64,000 bases of DNA. It comes from Candidatus Magasanikiibacteriota bacterium. GTDB lineage: Bacteria; Patescibacteriota; Patescibacteriia; Magasanikbacterales; UBA922. The translations under genes and the position numbers were made by a program. The DNA lies in the NCBI GenBank assembly GCA_041665025.1, contig JBAYJP010000002.1, positions 691 through 64,690 on the forward strand, read 5' to 3'. Numbering within the stretch: the stretch's first letter is position 1; each line of letters begins with the position of its first letter. The notes below the pieces were generated by a model. It did not search any database. It was not told where the DNA came from and saw only the letters and a program-made list of their open reading frames with translations. This document shows, one piece after another, positions 12,022-21,646 of this stretch.

Positions 12022-13368
12022 TTATTGGAGAGGCACCGTAAATCGAAGAGTTTGTACGGTTGCATTTCCTTGGACATCTTCTGCCTCGACACGAACAGTA
12101 TATTGTTTACCAAATGTAAGTGTCCGGGTCTTGAATTCCTCGCCAAATGATTTAGCAAAATTTGGCATGGCATTATTCCAGTACAAGAAGTCTATTCCAA
12201 ATGGTTCATCTTCTGACAAGTACACGGCGACTTTTTTAAGGGGTGTTTGGCTGTCTTGCACTCGTACGTCTATTTCATACTGCCAACCTGTTTCTTTTAG
12301 CTTGCGAGGTATAGCCGCTATAGAAACTTCCGGCGCTGTCACATCATTTACTTTTGTACTTTTGACCGTAAGAATCGCACCGCCATATATATTGTAATTA
12401 TCGTAGCTCACCTTCATTTGATATTGCCCATTTGCGGTGGCAAATGTTTTGGCAGATTCTCCTAGTTTCAGAACTACTTGATTTCTGTCTGCACCCGTAA
12501 GATCCAACGTAACTTCAGAACCCTTGCTATAAAAATGCTGCGTCATGCTCACTTTGCTTGGAGAGTGATACAATGTCATCCCTTCGCACACAATATAGGT
12601 ACCATCAAATACTTTGGTATCTACACACGAGGGAATAGTATGCTTGAGATCTGTTGGAACTGGTGCCACAGAAGTTTCTATTGGTTTGATGTAGAAGTAC
12701 AAAGCGGCAACATCATCAACTTCTCCACCCATGTTTGGTATTGCAGAGACGCCGTCATTATTTTTCACCATTGCAACAAACAAAACATATTTACCTCGGT
12801 AATAATCAGTAACCGTAAAATGCTGCATTTGATTGGTAGTGGTGAACGTAGCATTTTGGAGAAGTGCCTTCACGCGCTGTGGTCCAAAATTTAAATCCTG
12901 TGCTTCGCTTGTATTCCAGATATATGCATATTGATTTGCACTGTTTGTTTGATTTGTTTGCAGAGAAAAATCAAATGCGTTTACTGAGTTTGGCACGTTT
13001 ACTACAGCAGGACGAATGTATGTCTTTGTGTCTTGATATGAAGCGTCATTGCGTGCAAAAACTCCATTTTGATTATATGCACTAAATTCTCCAATATTTG
13101 GCGTCTCACTTACTTCGACCCATTTTACTTTGTATTGCGTACTTGTTACGCAACTCAAACGATACTCACGCAACCCATGTCCCGCGTCACGAACTCCATT
13201 TTTTAGTACATATTCATTGGCGTTACCAAAACGACGCACCATAATGCCGTCCTCAACATTACGGCATGAATCAACGTTCACATTATTTGAATTTGCTCCC
13301 AAACTAACTTGAGGCGCAAGCACTGCAATAATACCAAGCAGTGCGATAGATGAAATTAATTTTTTCAT
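12022..13368 (-). CDS. Secreted hypothetical protein with an N-terminal signal peptide
   Basis: The N-terminus MKKLISSIALLGIIAVLAPQVSLGA is a signal peptide. No recognisable domain. Confidence 0.55.
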   Translation of the reverse strand: MKKLISSIALLGIIAVLAPQVSLGANSNNVNVDSCRNVEDGIMVRRFGNANEYVLKNGVRDAGHGLREYRLSCVTSTQYKVKWVEVSETPNIGEFSAYNQNGVFARNDASYQDTKTYIRPAVVNVPNSVNAFDFSLQTNQTNSANQYAYIWNTSEAQDLNFGPQRVKALLQNATFTTTNQMQHFTVTDYYRGKYVLFVAMVKNNDGVSAIPNMGGEVDDVAALYFYIKPIETSVAPVPTDLKHTIPSCVDTKVFDGTYIVCEGMTLYHSPSKVSMTQHFYSKGSEVTLDLTGADRNQVVLKLGESAKTFATANGQYQMKVSYDNYNIYGGAILTVKSTKVNDVTAPEVSIAAIPRKLKETGWQYEIDVRVQDSQTPLKKVAVYLSEDEPFGIDFLYWNNAMPNFAKSFGEEFKTRTLTFGKQYTVRVEAEDVQGNATVQTLRFTVPLQ

Positions 13369-13546
13369 AGTATAGGTAATTAAAGGTTATGTATAATTTT
13401 GCTCGATCTCCTTGTTCGACCTTGCATACTATAGAACGCTTCCTCACTATCTTTTATTACACATAGATTAAATTATGGCTAGAATAAGCAAAAAAAGAAC
13501 CCTCTTCTGAGAGTTCTTTTTAACTTAGGTACTTAGTCAACTTATC

Positions 13547-14197
13547 TTACTTAGATAACTGTTCTTCAACTTCTTTCACAAAATCAGTAGACTTTTTTTC
13601 CATTCCTTCACCTACTTCATAGCGGACAAAACGACGCAAGGTTATTTTCTCTCCAATTTCTCCAGTCATTGCGGTCAGCAATTGTTCAATTGTCTTGTCT
13701 TCATCTTTGATGAAAGGCTGTTCAAGCAAACACATTTCTGAATAAAATTTACTCATTTTTCCTTCGATGATTTTTTCCACAATCTCTGCCGGCTTATTTT
13801 CTTGTTTCATCTGTTCACGATATACATTTTTTTCGCGTTCCATATCCTCCACGGCAACTTCGGTTCGCGACAAATATCGTGGGTTCATAGCTGCAATATG
13901 CATAGCAATATCGGCACCCAATTGAGAAAACTTGTCATTCTTTGCGACAAAATCTGTTTCAGAATTCAACTCAACTAACACGCCAATTCTTCCGCCGGCA
14001 TGCAAATAACTAAATATTTTTCCTTCTGCGGCGATTTTGTCTGCGCGCTTTGCAGCTTTGGCTGCGCCTTTTTTGCGAAGGATATCAATAGCTTTTTCGT
14101 AATTTCCCTGTGCTTCTTCAAGTGCACTTTTGCAATCCATCATACCAGCGCCTGTTTGGGCACGGAGTTTGGCGATATCTTGTGCGGTAATGCTCAT
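13547..14197 (-). CDS. tsf: Elongation factor Ts
   Basis: The UBA-like N-terminus MSITAQDIAKLRAQTGAGMMDCKSALEEAQGNYEKAIDILRKKG. Confidence 0.9.
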   Translation of the reverse strand: MSITAQDIAKLRAQTGAGMMDCKSALEEAQGNYEKAIDILRKKGAAKAAKRADKIAAEGKIFSYLHAGGRIGVLVELNSETDFVAKNDKFSQLGADIAMHIAAMNPRYLSRTEVAVEDMEREKNVYREQMKQENKPAEIVEKIIEGKMSKFYSEMCLLEQPFIKDEDKTIEQLLTAMTGEIGEKITLRRFVRYEVGEGMEKKSTDFVKEVEEQLSK

Positions 14198-14287
14198 AAA
14201 ATTATTTTAAAATGAAAGAAATAGGGTTTTGGGTTAGGATGCCAGAAATGTAATTCCGGTTTCTTTGCCCAATTCCCAAAACCTATT

Positions 14288-15049
14288 TTATTTCTTATCT
14301 TCAACTTTAGCTTTTACAACAACTGGTGCTTTTGGAGCAAGTGGTTTTTGTATGACTTCTTTTGGAATCTCGGCTACGCCCTCTTTTATCGTATCGCGCA
14401 TAAGGCCGACGATCATTTCAATAGATTTTACTGCGTCGTCATTGGCTGGAATAACATACTGGACTTTGGTTGGATTTGCGTTTGCGTCGCAAACTCCGAT
14501 AATAGGCACGTTCATTCTGTTTGCTTCAGTCACTGCAGTTTTCTCGCGTTGAACAGAAGGGACAAACAACGCATCAGGCATGCGAGTAAGTGAACTCAAA
14601 CCTGCCAAATACGTATCTTGTTTTTCAAGCAATTTAGCAATATCCAATTGTTCTTTCTTCGTATAGTGTCCCAATTCTCCTTTTGCTTGTTTATCCTTGA
14701 GATCATTATACTTGCGAATCAACTTTTTGATTTCAACAAAATTGGTAAGCATACCACCGAGCCACCGCTCAGTCATATAGGGCATACCGCAATCTTGCGC
14801 TGCTTTTTTTACAATTTCGCGTGCTTGAGGCTTGGTGGTCACAAACAAAATTCTCTTCCCTTCGGAAGCCATTTTCTTTATTTCCGGCAACACTTTTTCA
14901 AGTTGCGCTTTTGTCTTGTCCAAATCCAATATATGGACTTGATTGCGTTGGGTAAAGATGAAAGGTTTCATCTTTGGGTGCCAACGCGAAACTCTGTGTC
15001 CAAAGTGGACACCTGCCTGGAGCATGTCCAGTACTGAAGGAATGTTCAT
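14288..15049 (-). CDS. rpsB: Ribosomal protein S2
   Basis: Motifs LQAGVHFGHRVSRWHPKMKPFIF and QVHILDLDKT. Confidence 0.95.
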   Translation of the reverse strand: MNIPSVLDMLQAGVHFGHRVSRWHPKMKPFIFTQRNQVHILDLDKTKAQLEKVLPEIKKMASEGKRILFVTTKPQAREIVKKAAQDCGMPYMTERWLGGMLTNFVEIKKLIRKYNDLKDKQAKGELGHYTKKEQLDIAKLLEKQDTYLAGLSSLTRMPDALFVPSVQREKTAVTEANRMNVPIIGVCDANANPTKVQYVIPANDDAVKSIEMIVGLMRDTIKEGVAEIPKEVIQKPLAPKAPVVVKAKVEDKK

Positions 15050-15068
15050 AATAGTATTTTCCTTTTTA

Positions 15069-15100
15069 ACCGCGTAGTTGCGAAAGCAACTTTACGCGGT
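15069..15100 (-). promoter_or_regulatory. Long hairpin in the rpsB 5' leader, a candidate S2 autoregulatory element
   Basis: accgcgta-gttgcgaaagcaac-tttacgcggt forms a perfect stem immediately upstream of rpsB. Confidence 0.3.
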
Positions 15101-15253
15101 GCCATGTGGTCGTGAAACGACATTGCATGGCCCGCTTCTCCGTTTGCCCCTTTAGGGGGAGGAAAACCTGCGGAGAATGAGGGATAAATAAATGTGCCTT
15201 CCTTTTTAGGAGAGGCGCGCATAGTGTAACAAAGCTCATTTCAGATGTCAAGT

Positions 15254-15451
15254 CTAAACAACTAAGTCACTTAGTTTGATCGCCCCTACAGGACATGAAT
15301 CAACAGCAGCCTGGATAGTACCGTCATCATCAGTTGGATTTTCCAAAGCTTCCGCCTTCCCATCTTCAGTCATGGTAAACGACCCACTACCTAGTGCGGC
15401 ACAAGTGCCACAGCCAATACAAAGATCTTTGTCTACTGTAAATTTGTTCAT
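15254..15451 (-). CDS. 4Fe-4S ferredoxin
   Basis: 65 aa with CIGCGTCAA...CP cluster ligands. Confidence 0.8.
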   Translation of the reverse strand: MNKFTVDKDLCIGCGTCAALGSGSFTMTEDGKAEALENPTDDDGTIQAAVDSCPVGAIKLSDLVV

Positions 15452-15532
15452 AATATATAAAAGAGATAAAACAGGCTTATTGTATCACATATACCTCTTC
15501 AGTCAAACGTGAATAACCTCTATCTTCCTCCC

Positions 15533-15560
15533 TTGACAAAAAACAAGGTTTTGATATAAT
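15533..15560 (+). promoter_or_regulatory. Sigma70-type promoter for rpmE
   Basis: TTGACA (15533-38), a 16-nt spacer, then TATAAT (15555-60). Confidence 0.55.
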
Positions 15561-15617
15561 CATCTGGCTTTTAATTTCTGCGCTTATCTGCGTAGTAATC
15601 TACATAATTCAACGTTT

Positions 15618-15962
15618 ATGAAAAAAGATACTCATCCAAAAGTATATCCCGTTGTTTTCATCGACACATCTTGTGGTGTTGAATTTGTGACTACCTCAAC
15701 CATGAAATCAGAAAAAACTCGCGATATTGACGGAGTTACTTATTTCGAGATACCTATTGAAATTTCTTCAGCTTCTCATCCTTTCTATACCGGCAAGCAA
15801 ATCTTTGTAGATACTGCCCGCCGTGTAGAAAAATTCCAAGAAAAGATGTCGAAAAAAGCTTCTGTTGCAGAAATACGCAAAGGAAAAAAGGTAAAACATG
15901 CCACCCGCGCTGCATCAAAACAAAATGACGAAAAAAAATCAGCGAAAAAAGAAGCTAAATAG
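15618..15962 (+). CDS. rpmE: Ribosomal protein L31 with a Lys-rich C-terminal tail
   Basis: Motifs MKKDTHPKVY...VDTARRVEKF. Confidence 0.85.
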   Translation: MKKDTHPKVYPVVFIDTSCGVEFVTTSTMKSEKTRDIDGVTYFEIPIEISSASHPFYTGKQIFVDTARRVEKFQEKMSKKASVAEIRKGKKVKHATRAASKQNDEKKSAKKEAK

Positions 15963-15978
15963 CAACGAAAAAACAAGA

Positions 15979-16006
15979 CAGGTGACCTTTGTGGCGCCTG
16001 TTTTTA
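15979..16006 (+). terminator. Terminator after rpmE
   Basis: Stem acaggtg/cgcctgt followed by TTTTTATTT. Confidence 0.5.
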
Positions 16007-16009
16007 TTT

Positions 16010-16118
16010 ACTCACGTATCACATAGCACGTAACACATAACAAATAATAATTGTTGTGCTATAATATGCAAGTTGATACGTGATACGTGTTATGTGATAT
16101 GTGTTACGTGACACCTGA
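16010..16118. repeat. Palindromic spacer of the acgtaacacataac / gttatgtgttacgt family; it encloses an extended -10 promoter for prfA
   Basis: The left arm cacgtatcacatagcacgtaacacataac is the reverse complement of the right arm gttatgtgatatgtgttacgtgac. The centre holds TGcTATAAT at 16056-16064. Confidence 0.6.
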
Positions 16119-16123
16119 AATAT

Positions 16124-17182
16124 ATGTTACAAAAATACCTTGACCTCAAAACTAAATACCAACAACTCGAAGCAGATTTACAAAATCCTGCTGTTATTAA
16201 TGATCAAAAAAAATTAAAACAAATTGCTCAGGAATATGATGATATCAAAGAAACTGCAGCAAAAATATTGGAACTTGAAACGACAGAAAAAAATATAGGT
16301 GAAAACGAAGCCATTATCACAGATGCCAGTGACGCCGAACTTTCTGAACTTGCACAAGCTGATATACCTATACTTGCTGAAAAAAAGACAACGCTTGAAC
16401 AAGAGCTAGCCGAACTAACTCGGACGAAAGATCCTATGGACAAAAAAGACGTCATCGTCGAAATACGCGCAGGTGCCGGGGGTGATGAAGCGGCACTGTT
16501 TGCCGGAGACCTCATGCGTATGTATATGAGATATGCAGAAAACAAAGGATGGAAAACAAAGCTCATTGATGAAAGCCGCATTGGCATTGGCGGATACAAA
16601 GAAATAATTTTTTCAATGGAAGGAACCCGCGTCTATGCTGACATGAAGTATGAAATGGGTGTACACCGTGTGCAACGCGTCCCTGAAACTGAAAAAGCCG
16701 GGCGCATACACACATCTACCGCAAGTGTTGCCGTGCTTCCTGAAATTGAAGAAGCTGAATTTGAAATCAATACAAAAGATTTGCGCATAGACACATTTTG
16801 CGCAGGGGGGCATGGTGGTCAAAGCGTCAACACCACACACAGTGCGGTACGTATTACCCATATTCCTACGAATACCGTGGTCCAATGCCAGGATGAACGA
16901 TCCCAACAACAGAATAAATTCAAAGCAATGAATGTCTTGCGTGCACGCTTGTATGAACTAGATAGAGAAAAAAAGATGGCAGCACTCGACGCCAAACGCA
17001 AAAGCCAAATTGGAAATGCAGACCGCAGTGAAAAAATCCGCACGTACAATTTTCCCCAAGACCGCATCACTGACCACAGAATCCACGAGAGTTGGAATAA
17101 TATTGGTATAATTTTAAATGGCGATTTGGAAAAAATTATTGAGGCATTGAGAAAGGTGGATTACGAAGGACAAAGCCAATGA
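16124..17182 (+). CDS. prfA: Peptide chain release factor 1
   Basis: GGQ motif ([12 protein letters not shown]). The RF1-type tripeptide region reads RVPETE (PET rather than PAT). The gene ends with TGA. Confidence 0.9.
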   Translation: MLQKYLDLKTKYQQLEADLQNPAVINDQKKLKQIAQEYDDIKETAAKILELETTEKNIGENEAIITDASDAELSELAQADIPILAEKKTTLEQELAELTRTKDPMDKKDVIVEIRAGAGGDEAALFAGDLMRMYMRYAENKGWKTKLIDESRIGIGGYKEIIFSMEGTRVYADMKYEMGVHRVQRVPETEKAGRIHTSTASVAVLPEIEEAEFEINTKDLRIDTFCAGGHGGQSVNTTHSAVRITHIPTNTVVQCQDERSQQQNKFKAMNVLRARLYELDREKKMAALDAKRKSQIGNADRSEKIRTYNFPQDRITDHRIHESWNNIGIILNGDLEKIIEALRKVDYEGQSQ

Positions 17183-17194
17183 CGTTAATACATT

Positions 17195-19084
17195 ATGAAA
17201 AAAATAATCGTAAAATCCCTCATCTTTGCATTTTTATGTACGGCAGCATCAATAGTAATATCATTCCTTAATTTTATACTTGACAAGCAGCTCATTGCTC
17301 TTATAGATAATTTTAAACAACTTACCATTACTAACACAAATAGCCTTGCACCAATAATTTTGACATTTAGCAAGGCTATTTTTTTATACTTTATTTTTTT
17401 CTTCTCTATCTTCCTTATCGGATTTATTATTGCAAAAAAAACTAAAAAAAAACGTTACATCTTTCTAACAATAATTCCCCTACTATCTTTAGTCACACTT
17501 AGGTCCATGGCGGTCGAACCATTCCTCTATCAATTATTTTACAACAGCTCTTCAATTATAAAATGTATAATGGATGTCACGACAAAAATCCCCTACAGTA
17601 AGATCATTTTTGATGTCTTAATCACCGCACATATTATCACACTAACTTTGATTATCGCATACACCCAAAAACAACGTTACGTCATCCTATCATTATGGAT
17701 AATTCTTTTTTCGGGCTACTATATATTCAGGACATCGGTAACACAAATACGGAACACAGAACCAAATGAAGAAACTATCATATTTATTGTCGTAGACTCT
17801 CTTAGAAAAGACGCTATAAAAAATAATCCGCAGTTATTTTTGCACACGTTATATCAAAACTCATTCGTTGCAGAAAATATGTTTACTCCAAACCCCGCAA
17901 CTGTCCCGGCGATGGCAGCAATACTGAGCAGTAAATACCCATACACTTCGCGTTCGACAGCTATGTTTTTGGATAAACAACTTGATATTTCTTATATTAA
18001 TGAACTAAAAAAAGATTATCACATCTCCATCCACACAGATTCGACAGATGACGACATAATCAATCGCTCAAACTTCAACATACCCTTTGATTATATCAAT
18101 GCTCCATATATTGATAACACCTCACAATTTATAGCTGGTGTACTCAAAAAAAATGTTGTATTGCTCTCCTTTATCATCCCCGCGGTCAGAAATATATTCA
18201 TCCCTGAATATTATGAGTCAGATATTAATACCAATAGTGAGCATCTCATTGAACCCTTCATTAACTATCTCAAACAGAACAAGAAACAAAAAAAGATAGC
18301 ATTTTTAGGTTTAGGAAATTTACACATACCCTACGAAGCACGTTACCCATACTACCAAAAATATCCGAATGCGCGTGGGACGTATTTTAACTGGTCATTT
18401 GATCACGCAGATTATCTATACGAAGGAAATGACACAGTACTAAACCAAAATATAAAAAATTTGTATCTTACCAATCTGACTGTCGCAGATGACCAGGTGA
18501 AAAACATATTTATACTTCTTCAAAACAACAACCTGCTAGCAAATACCACGGTAGTTGTACTCTCCGACCATGGTGAAAGCTTATATGAAAATGACTTGCA
18601 TCTATATTCTCACAACAATATCGAATCATCATATGTGGTAAACGTACCTTTTTTGGTATATAAAAATGAAATCCGCGGCATACAAAACTCACAAAACTTT
18701 GCACTCATGGATGCCATAGAAATCGCGCGCCATCCAGAAAATGCAGAATCATTTCGACGTGAATTCATTTATTTAGAGACTGACCTAGACTTAAAGGACA
18801 AAAAAAGTCCTCTGTATATCGAGCATGCCGGCGATGTATATGACACGGATGACATGAATAATATGAAATTCAAAGATAAAAATATCTGGCAACAATTCAA
18901 AAAACGAGGTATTATATACAAACAATATCAGCTCACATACAACCCAACAGAAGAAACGTATTCTTTGTATAATCGGATTGATGACCCACTATACCAAACA
19001 AACATACAAAACGAAAATCCAGAGATATACGCTATTATGAAAAAACAACTTGACAAATTTATAGCCGAATCAAATATCTATTAA
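17195..19084 (+). CDS. Polytopic membrane protein with a sulfatase-like (LtaS/phosphoethanolamine-transferase family) domain
   Basis: Multiple N-terminal TM helices, then IIFIVVDSLRKD and VVVLSDHGES, which are alkaline-phosphatase-superfamily motifs. Confidence 0.65.
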   Translation: MKKIIVKSLIFAFLCTAASIVISFLNFILDKQLIALIDNFKQLTITNTNSLAPIILTFSKAIFLYFIFFFSIFLIGFIIAKKTKKKRYIFLTIIPLLSLVTLRSMAVEPFLYQLFYNSSSIIKCIMDVTTKIPYSKIIFDVLITAHIITLTLIIAYTQKQRYVILSLWIILFSGYYIFRTSVTQIRNTEPNEETIIFIVVDSLRKDAIKNNPQLFLHTLYQNSFVAENMFTPNPATVPAMAAILSSKYPYTSRSTAMFLDKQLDISYINELKKDYHISIHTDSTDDDIINRSNFNIPFDYINAPYIDNTSQFIAGVLKKNVVLLSFIIPAVRNIFIPEYYESDINTNSEHLIEPFINYLKQNKKQKKIAFLGLGNLHIPYEARYPYYQKYPNARGTYFNWSFDHADYLYEGNDTVLNQNIKNLYLTNLTVADDQVKNIFILLQNNNLLANTTVVVLSDHGESLYENDLHLYSHNNIESSYVVNVPFLVYKNEIRGIQNSQNFALMDAIEIARHPENAESFRREFIYLETDLDLKDKKSPLYIEHAGDVYDTDDMNNMKFKDKNIWQQFKKRGIIYKQYQLTYNPTEETYSLYNRIDDPLYQTNIQNENPEIYAIMKKQLDKFIAESNIY

Positions 19085-19114
19085 GCCAAACTCCTAAATT
19101 TATTTAACCCATAT

Positions 19115-20638
19115 ATGAAAATAATCAATTGGATCAAAAAACATTCCTTGTTTATTGTAATTCTTGTATGTTCATTGGGTTTACACATATTGTCTCTCCT
19201 CAATAGAGGAGATTTTTCATTTGATGAAACATTCAGTACATATTTTAGTTCTCTACCATGGATAGAATCCCTAAAATATTGGACAATTGAAACCAACCCG
19301 CCACTCCACATGTTATTGCTTAGATTATGGATCATACTATGGGGGAACAACGAGATAGCTATACGCTTTCTCTCTACGATCTTTAATCTACTGTCATTGG
19401 GGTCACTCTACTACCTCGTACATAAGTGGTATTCAAAAAATCATGCCCTACTCGCTGTGGCAATAATGAGCCTTTCAGATTATTTTATTGTACTTGGAAC
19501 TGAAGCCCGGACATACAGTCTATTAAGTTTTCTTACTATCTTTTCTTGCATCTATTTTCTAAAAATAACACAGGAAAACAATATATCCAACGTAACAATT
19601 CTTACTTATAGCATAATACAACTGCTCCTATTATATTCCCACCTGACCTCACTGCTGATTATAATTTTACAAATTCTTATAACCATCCTTATATACAAAG
19701 AGAAAGAAAAAACAAAAAAAATCATACAAGCAAATCTGTGGCCATTCTTGCTATTTCTTGTCTGGCTCATACCATCTATTATAGCCAAACTAAGTTCATC
19801 AGCCTCAACCGGTTGGTTTTTCAATGAGTCAAAAAGTGGAAGAAATCTTATGTACGTAGTAGCCGATTTATTTGTGTACGAACCACAAAATATTATTATG
19901 TTTCTAATTGTCATGGGTTTTATTGGGGTATGTGTATATAATATGTCAGCTCTTAGACACCTAGAAAAAACAAAAAAAAATATTCATACGATAATTATTT
20001 TGTGGGCCCTCACCCCAATGATTGCTGCCAGCTTGCTTGGGATACACCTCCCTAAATATATTACTTTTTCATTACCTGCGATTTCGATTTTGTTTGCTTT
20101 TTCAATTATTTCAATACCTGACAAAAAACTAAAAATCAGCGCCATAATAATATTCATATCTCTTTTATTGCCATATACATACGCCAGTGCTATTACACCC
20201 CTTAAATCATATCGCCAAATACTATCTTATATTGAAAAAAATAAGACAGAGCATAGCATGATTATGACAGTGCCTTTTAATCAAATTATGGAAATAAAAA
20301 GATATTATACAGGCACGATACCACTCGTGGGGGTCTATCCACGAGATGATGATTTCTCATTTGAAGAACGTACCGCAAAATTCAATTGGCAAGAAATTTC
20401 TATTACTCAAAAAGTACTCGATACCTACATGGAAGAAAAGACCAAGGATACGGATACTATCTTTTTTATTCAATATGCACCAAACCTCCTAGAACCACCC
20501 GTTCCAAAATGGTTTATCACACATGGGTGGAAGTTAACGGCATGTCTTAAACCTCAACTACGAAATAATGCATATGTTTTCATGTTTCAAGCCCCAAACT
20601 ATCAGACATCTACTTCAACAGTCACACAAGTTAATTGA
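19115..20638 (+). CDS. GT-C family glycosyltransferase (ArnT/PMT-like)
   Basis: About 12 TM helices. The first loop carries the DE motif (FDETFS), as in ArnT/PMT. Confidence 0.6.
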   Translation: MKIINWIKKHSLFIVILVCSLGLHILSLLNRGDFSFDETFSTYFSSLPWIESLKYWTIETNPPLHMLLLRLWIILWGNNEIAIRFLSTIFNLLSLGSLYYLVHKWYSKNHALLAVAIMSLSDYFIVLGTEARTYSLLSFLTIFSCIYFLKITQENNISNVTILTYSIIQLLLLYSHLTSLLIIILQILITILIYKEKEKTKKIIQANLWPFLLFLVWLIPSIIAKLSSSASTGWFFNESKSGRNLMYVVADLFVYEPQNIIMFLIVMGFIGVCVYNMSALRHLEKTKKNIHTIIILWALTPMIAASLLGIHLPKYITFSLPAISILFAFSIISIPDKKLKISAIIIFISLLLPYTYASAITPLKSYRQILSYIEKNKTEHSMIMTVPFNQIMEIKRYYTGTIPLVGVYPRDDDFSFEERTAKFNWQEISITQKVLDTYMEEKTKDTDTIFFIQYAPNLLEPPVPKWFITHGWKLTACLKPQLRNNAYVFMFQAPNYQTSTSTVTQVN

Positions 20639-21467
20639 CCCTCTTGATGCTGAACTGTTAATCGCACACGTGATACAAAAACCGCGGGAATTTGTTGTTG
20701 CGCATCCAAATTTTATGATTAGAAGATTAAGAGATTGGAAGATTGGAAGATTATTTAAAAAACGAGCACATGGTGTCCCACTTGCATATGTAACAGGGCA
20801 TAAAGAATTTTTTGGATTGGACTTTGTGATAAATAAACATGTATTGATACCCCGACCGGAGACGGAGATGATTGTCTCTCTGGCGCTTGAAAAATTGAAG
20901 ATTCAAGATTCAAGATTGAAGACTATTTTGACTGATGTGGGAACGGGGTCTGGCTGTATTCCTATTTCTGTCACTTCAACACTCAAGCACTTCAACACTC
21001 AAGCACTAACCGTCTGTGCAACGGACATTTCCAAATCTGCACTTAAAGTTGCGAAACAAAACGCACAAAAATATAATGTTAATATTACATTTCTACACGG
21101 AAATCTTTTGGAACCCGCGATTAAAAGATTAAAAATTAAAGACTCGAGATTGATTATAACGGCGAATTTACCATACTTAACTTTAGAACAATTTCAAAAT
21201 GAGCACTCAATCCAACACGAACCTAAACGAGCACTCGTGGCAGACAACAACGGACTTGGCTTATATGAACAACTCCTCAAACAGATCCGATTATTAGTTA
21301 CTAATTACCAATTACTAGTTACGTGTCTCTTCGAAATCGATCCGCGCCAATCTCCTCAAATCTCTGGACTTATCAAAAAATATTTACCAGATTCAACATT
21401 TGAAATAAAAAAAGACCTCGCCGGGCATGATCGAGTCGTCTGTATAACTATCCACAGCGTTTCTTGA
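20568..21467 (+). CDS. prmC: Release-factor glutamine N5-methyltransferase PrmC (HemK), carrying several in-frame repeat insertions
   Basis: Motifs LAYVTGHKEFFGLDFVINKHVLIPRPETE and DVGTGSGCI, plus NLPY (an NPPY variant). The start is uncertain because the ATG at 20568 overlaps the upstream gene by 70 nt. Confidence 0.8.
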   Translation: MHMFSCFKPQTIRHLLQQSHKLIDPLDAELLIAHVIQKPREFVVAHPNFMIRRLRDWKIGRLFKKRAHGVPLAYVTGHKEFFGLDFVINKHVLIPRPETEMIVSLALEKLKIQDSRLKTILTDVGTGSGCIPISVTSTLKHFNTQALTVCATDISKSALKVAKQNAQKYNVNITFLHGNLLEPAIKRLKIKDSRLIITANLPYLTLEQFQNEHSIQHEPKRALVADNNGLGLYEQLLKQIRLLVTNYQLLVTCLFEIDPRQSPQISGLIKKYLPDSTFEIKKDLAGHDRVVCITIHSVS

Positions 21468-21646
21468 CTCAAATTCAAGAGCGTGGCATAGTAAATTCAT
21501 TATGAAACTTTGGAATGTACAATTTGTTTCTTCTAGCTCATCAGACCTGCCCAAGGTCAGATGAGCTTTATGTTGTTGAATAACAAAAACATAACGCGCA
21601 GCTGGCCTAAGTGGGCCAGTTTTTGTTCACCCACAGGAGGATAACC

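Noticed and set aside
15128-15230. A GC-richer non-coding stretch between rpsB and the ferredoxin gene; ORF 15066-15251
   Set aside because: No recognisable ncRNA fold or protein features. It is likely part of the rpsB leader.
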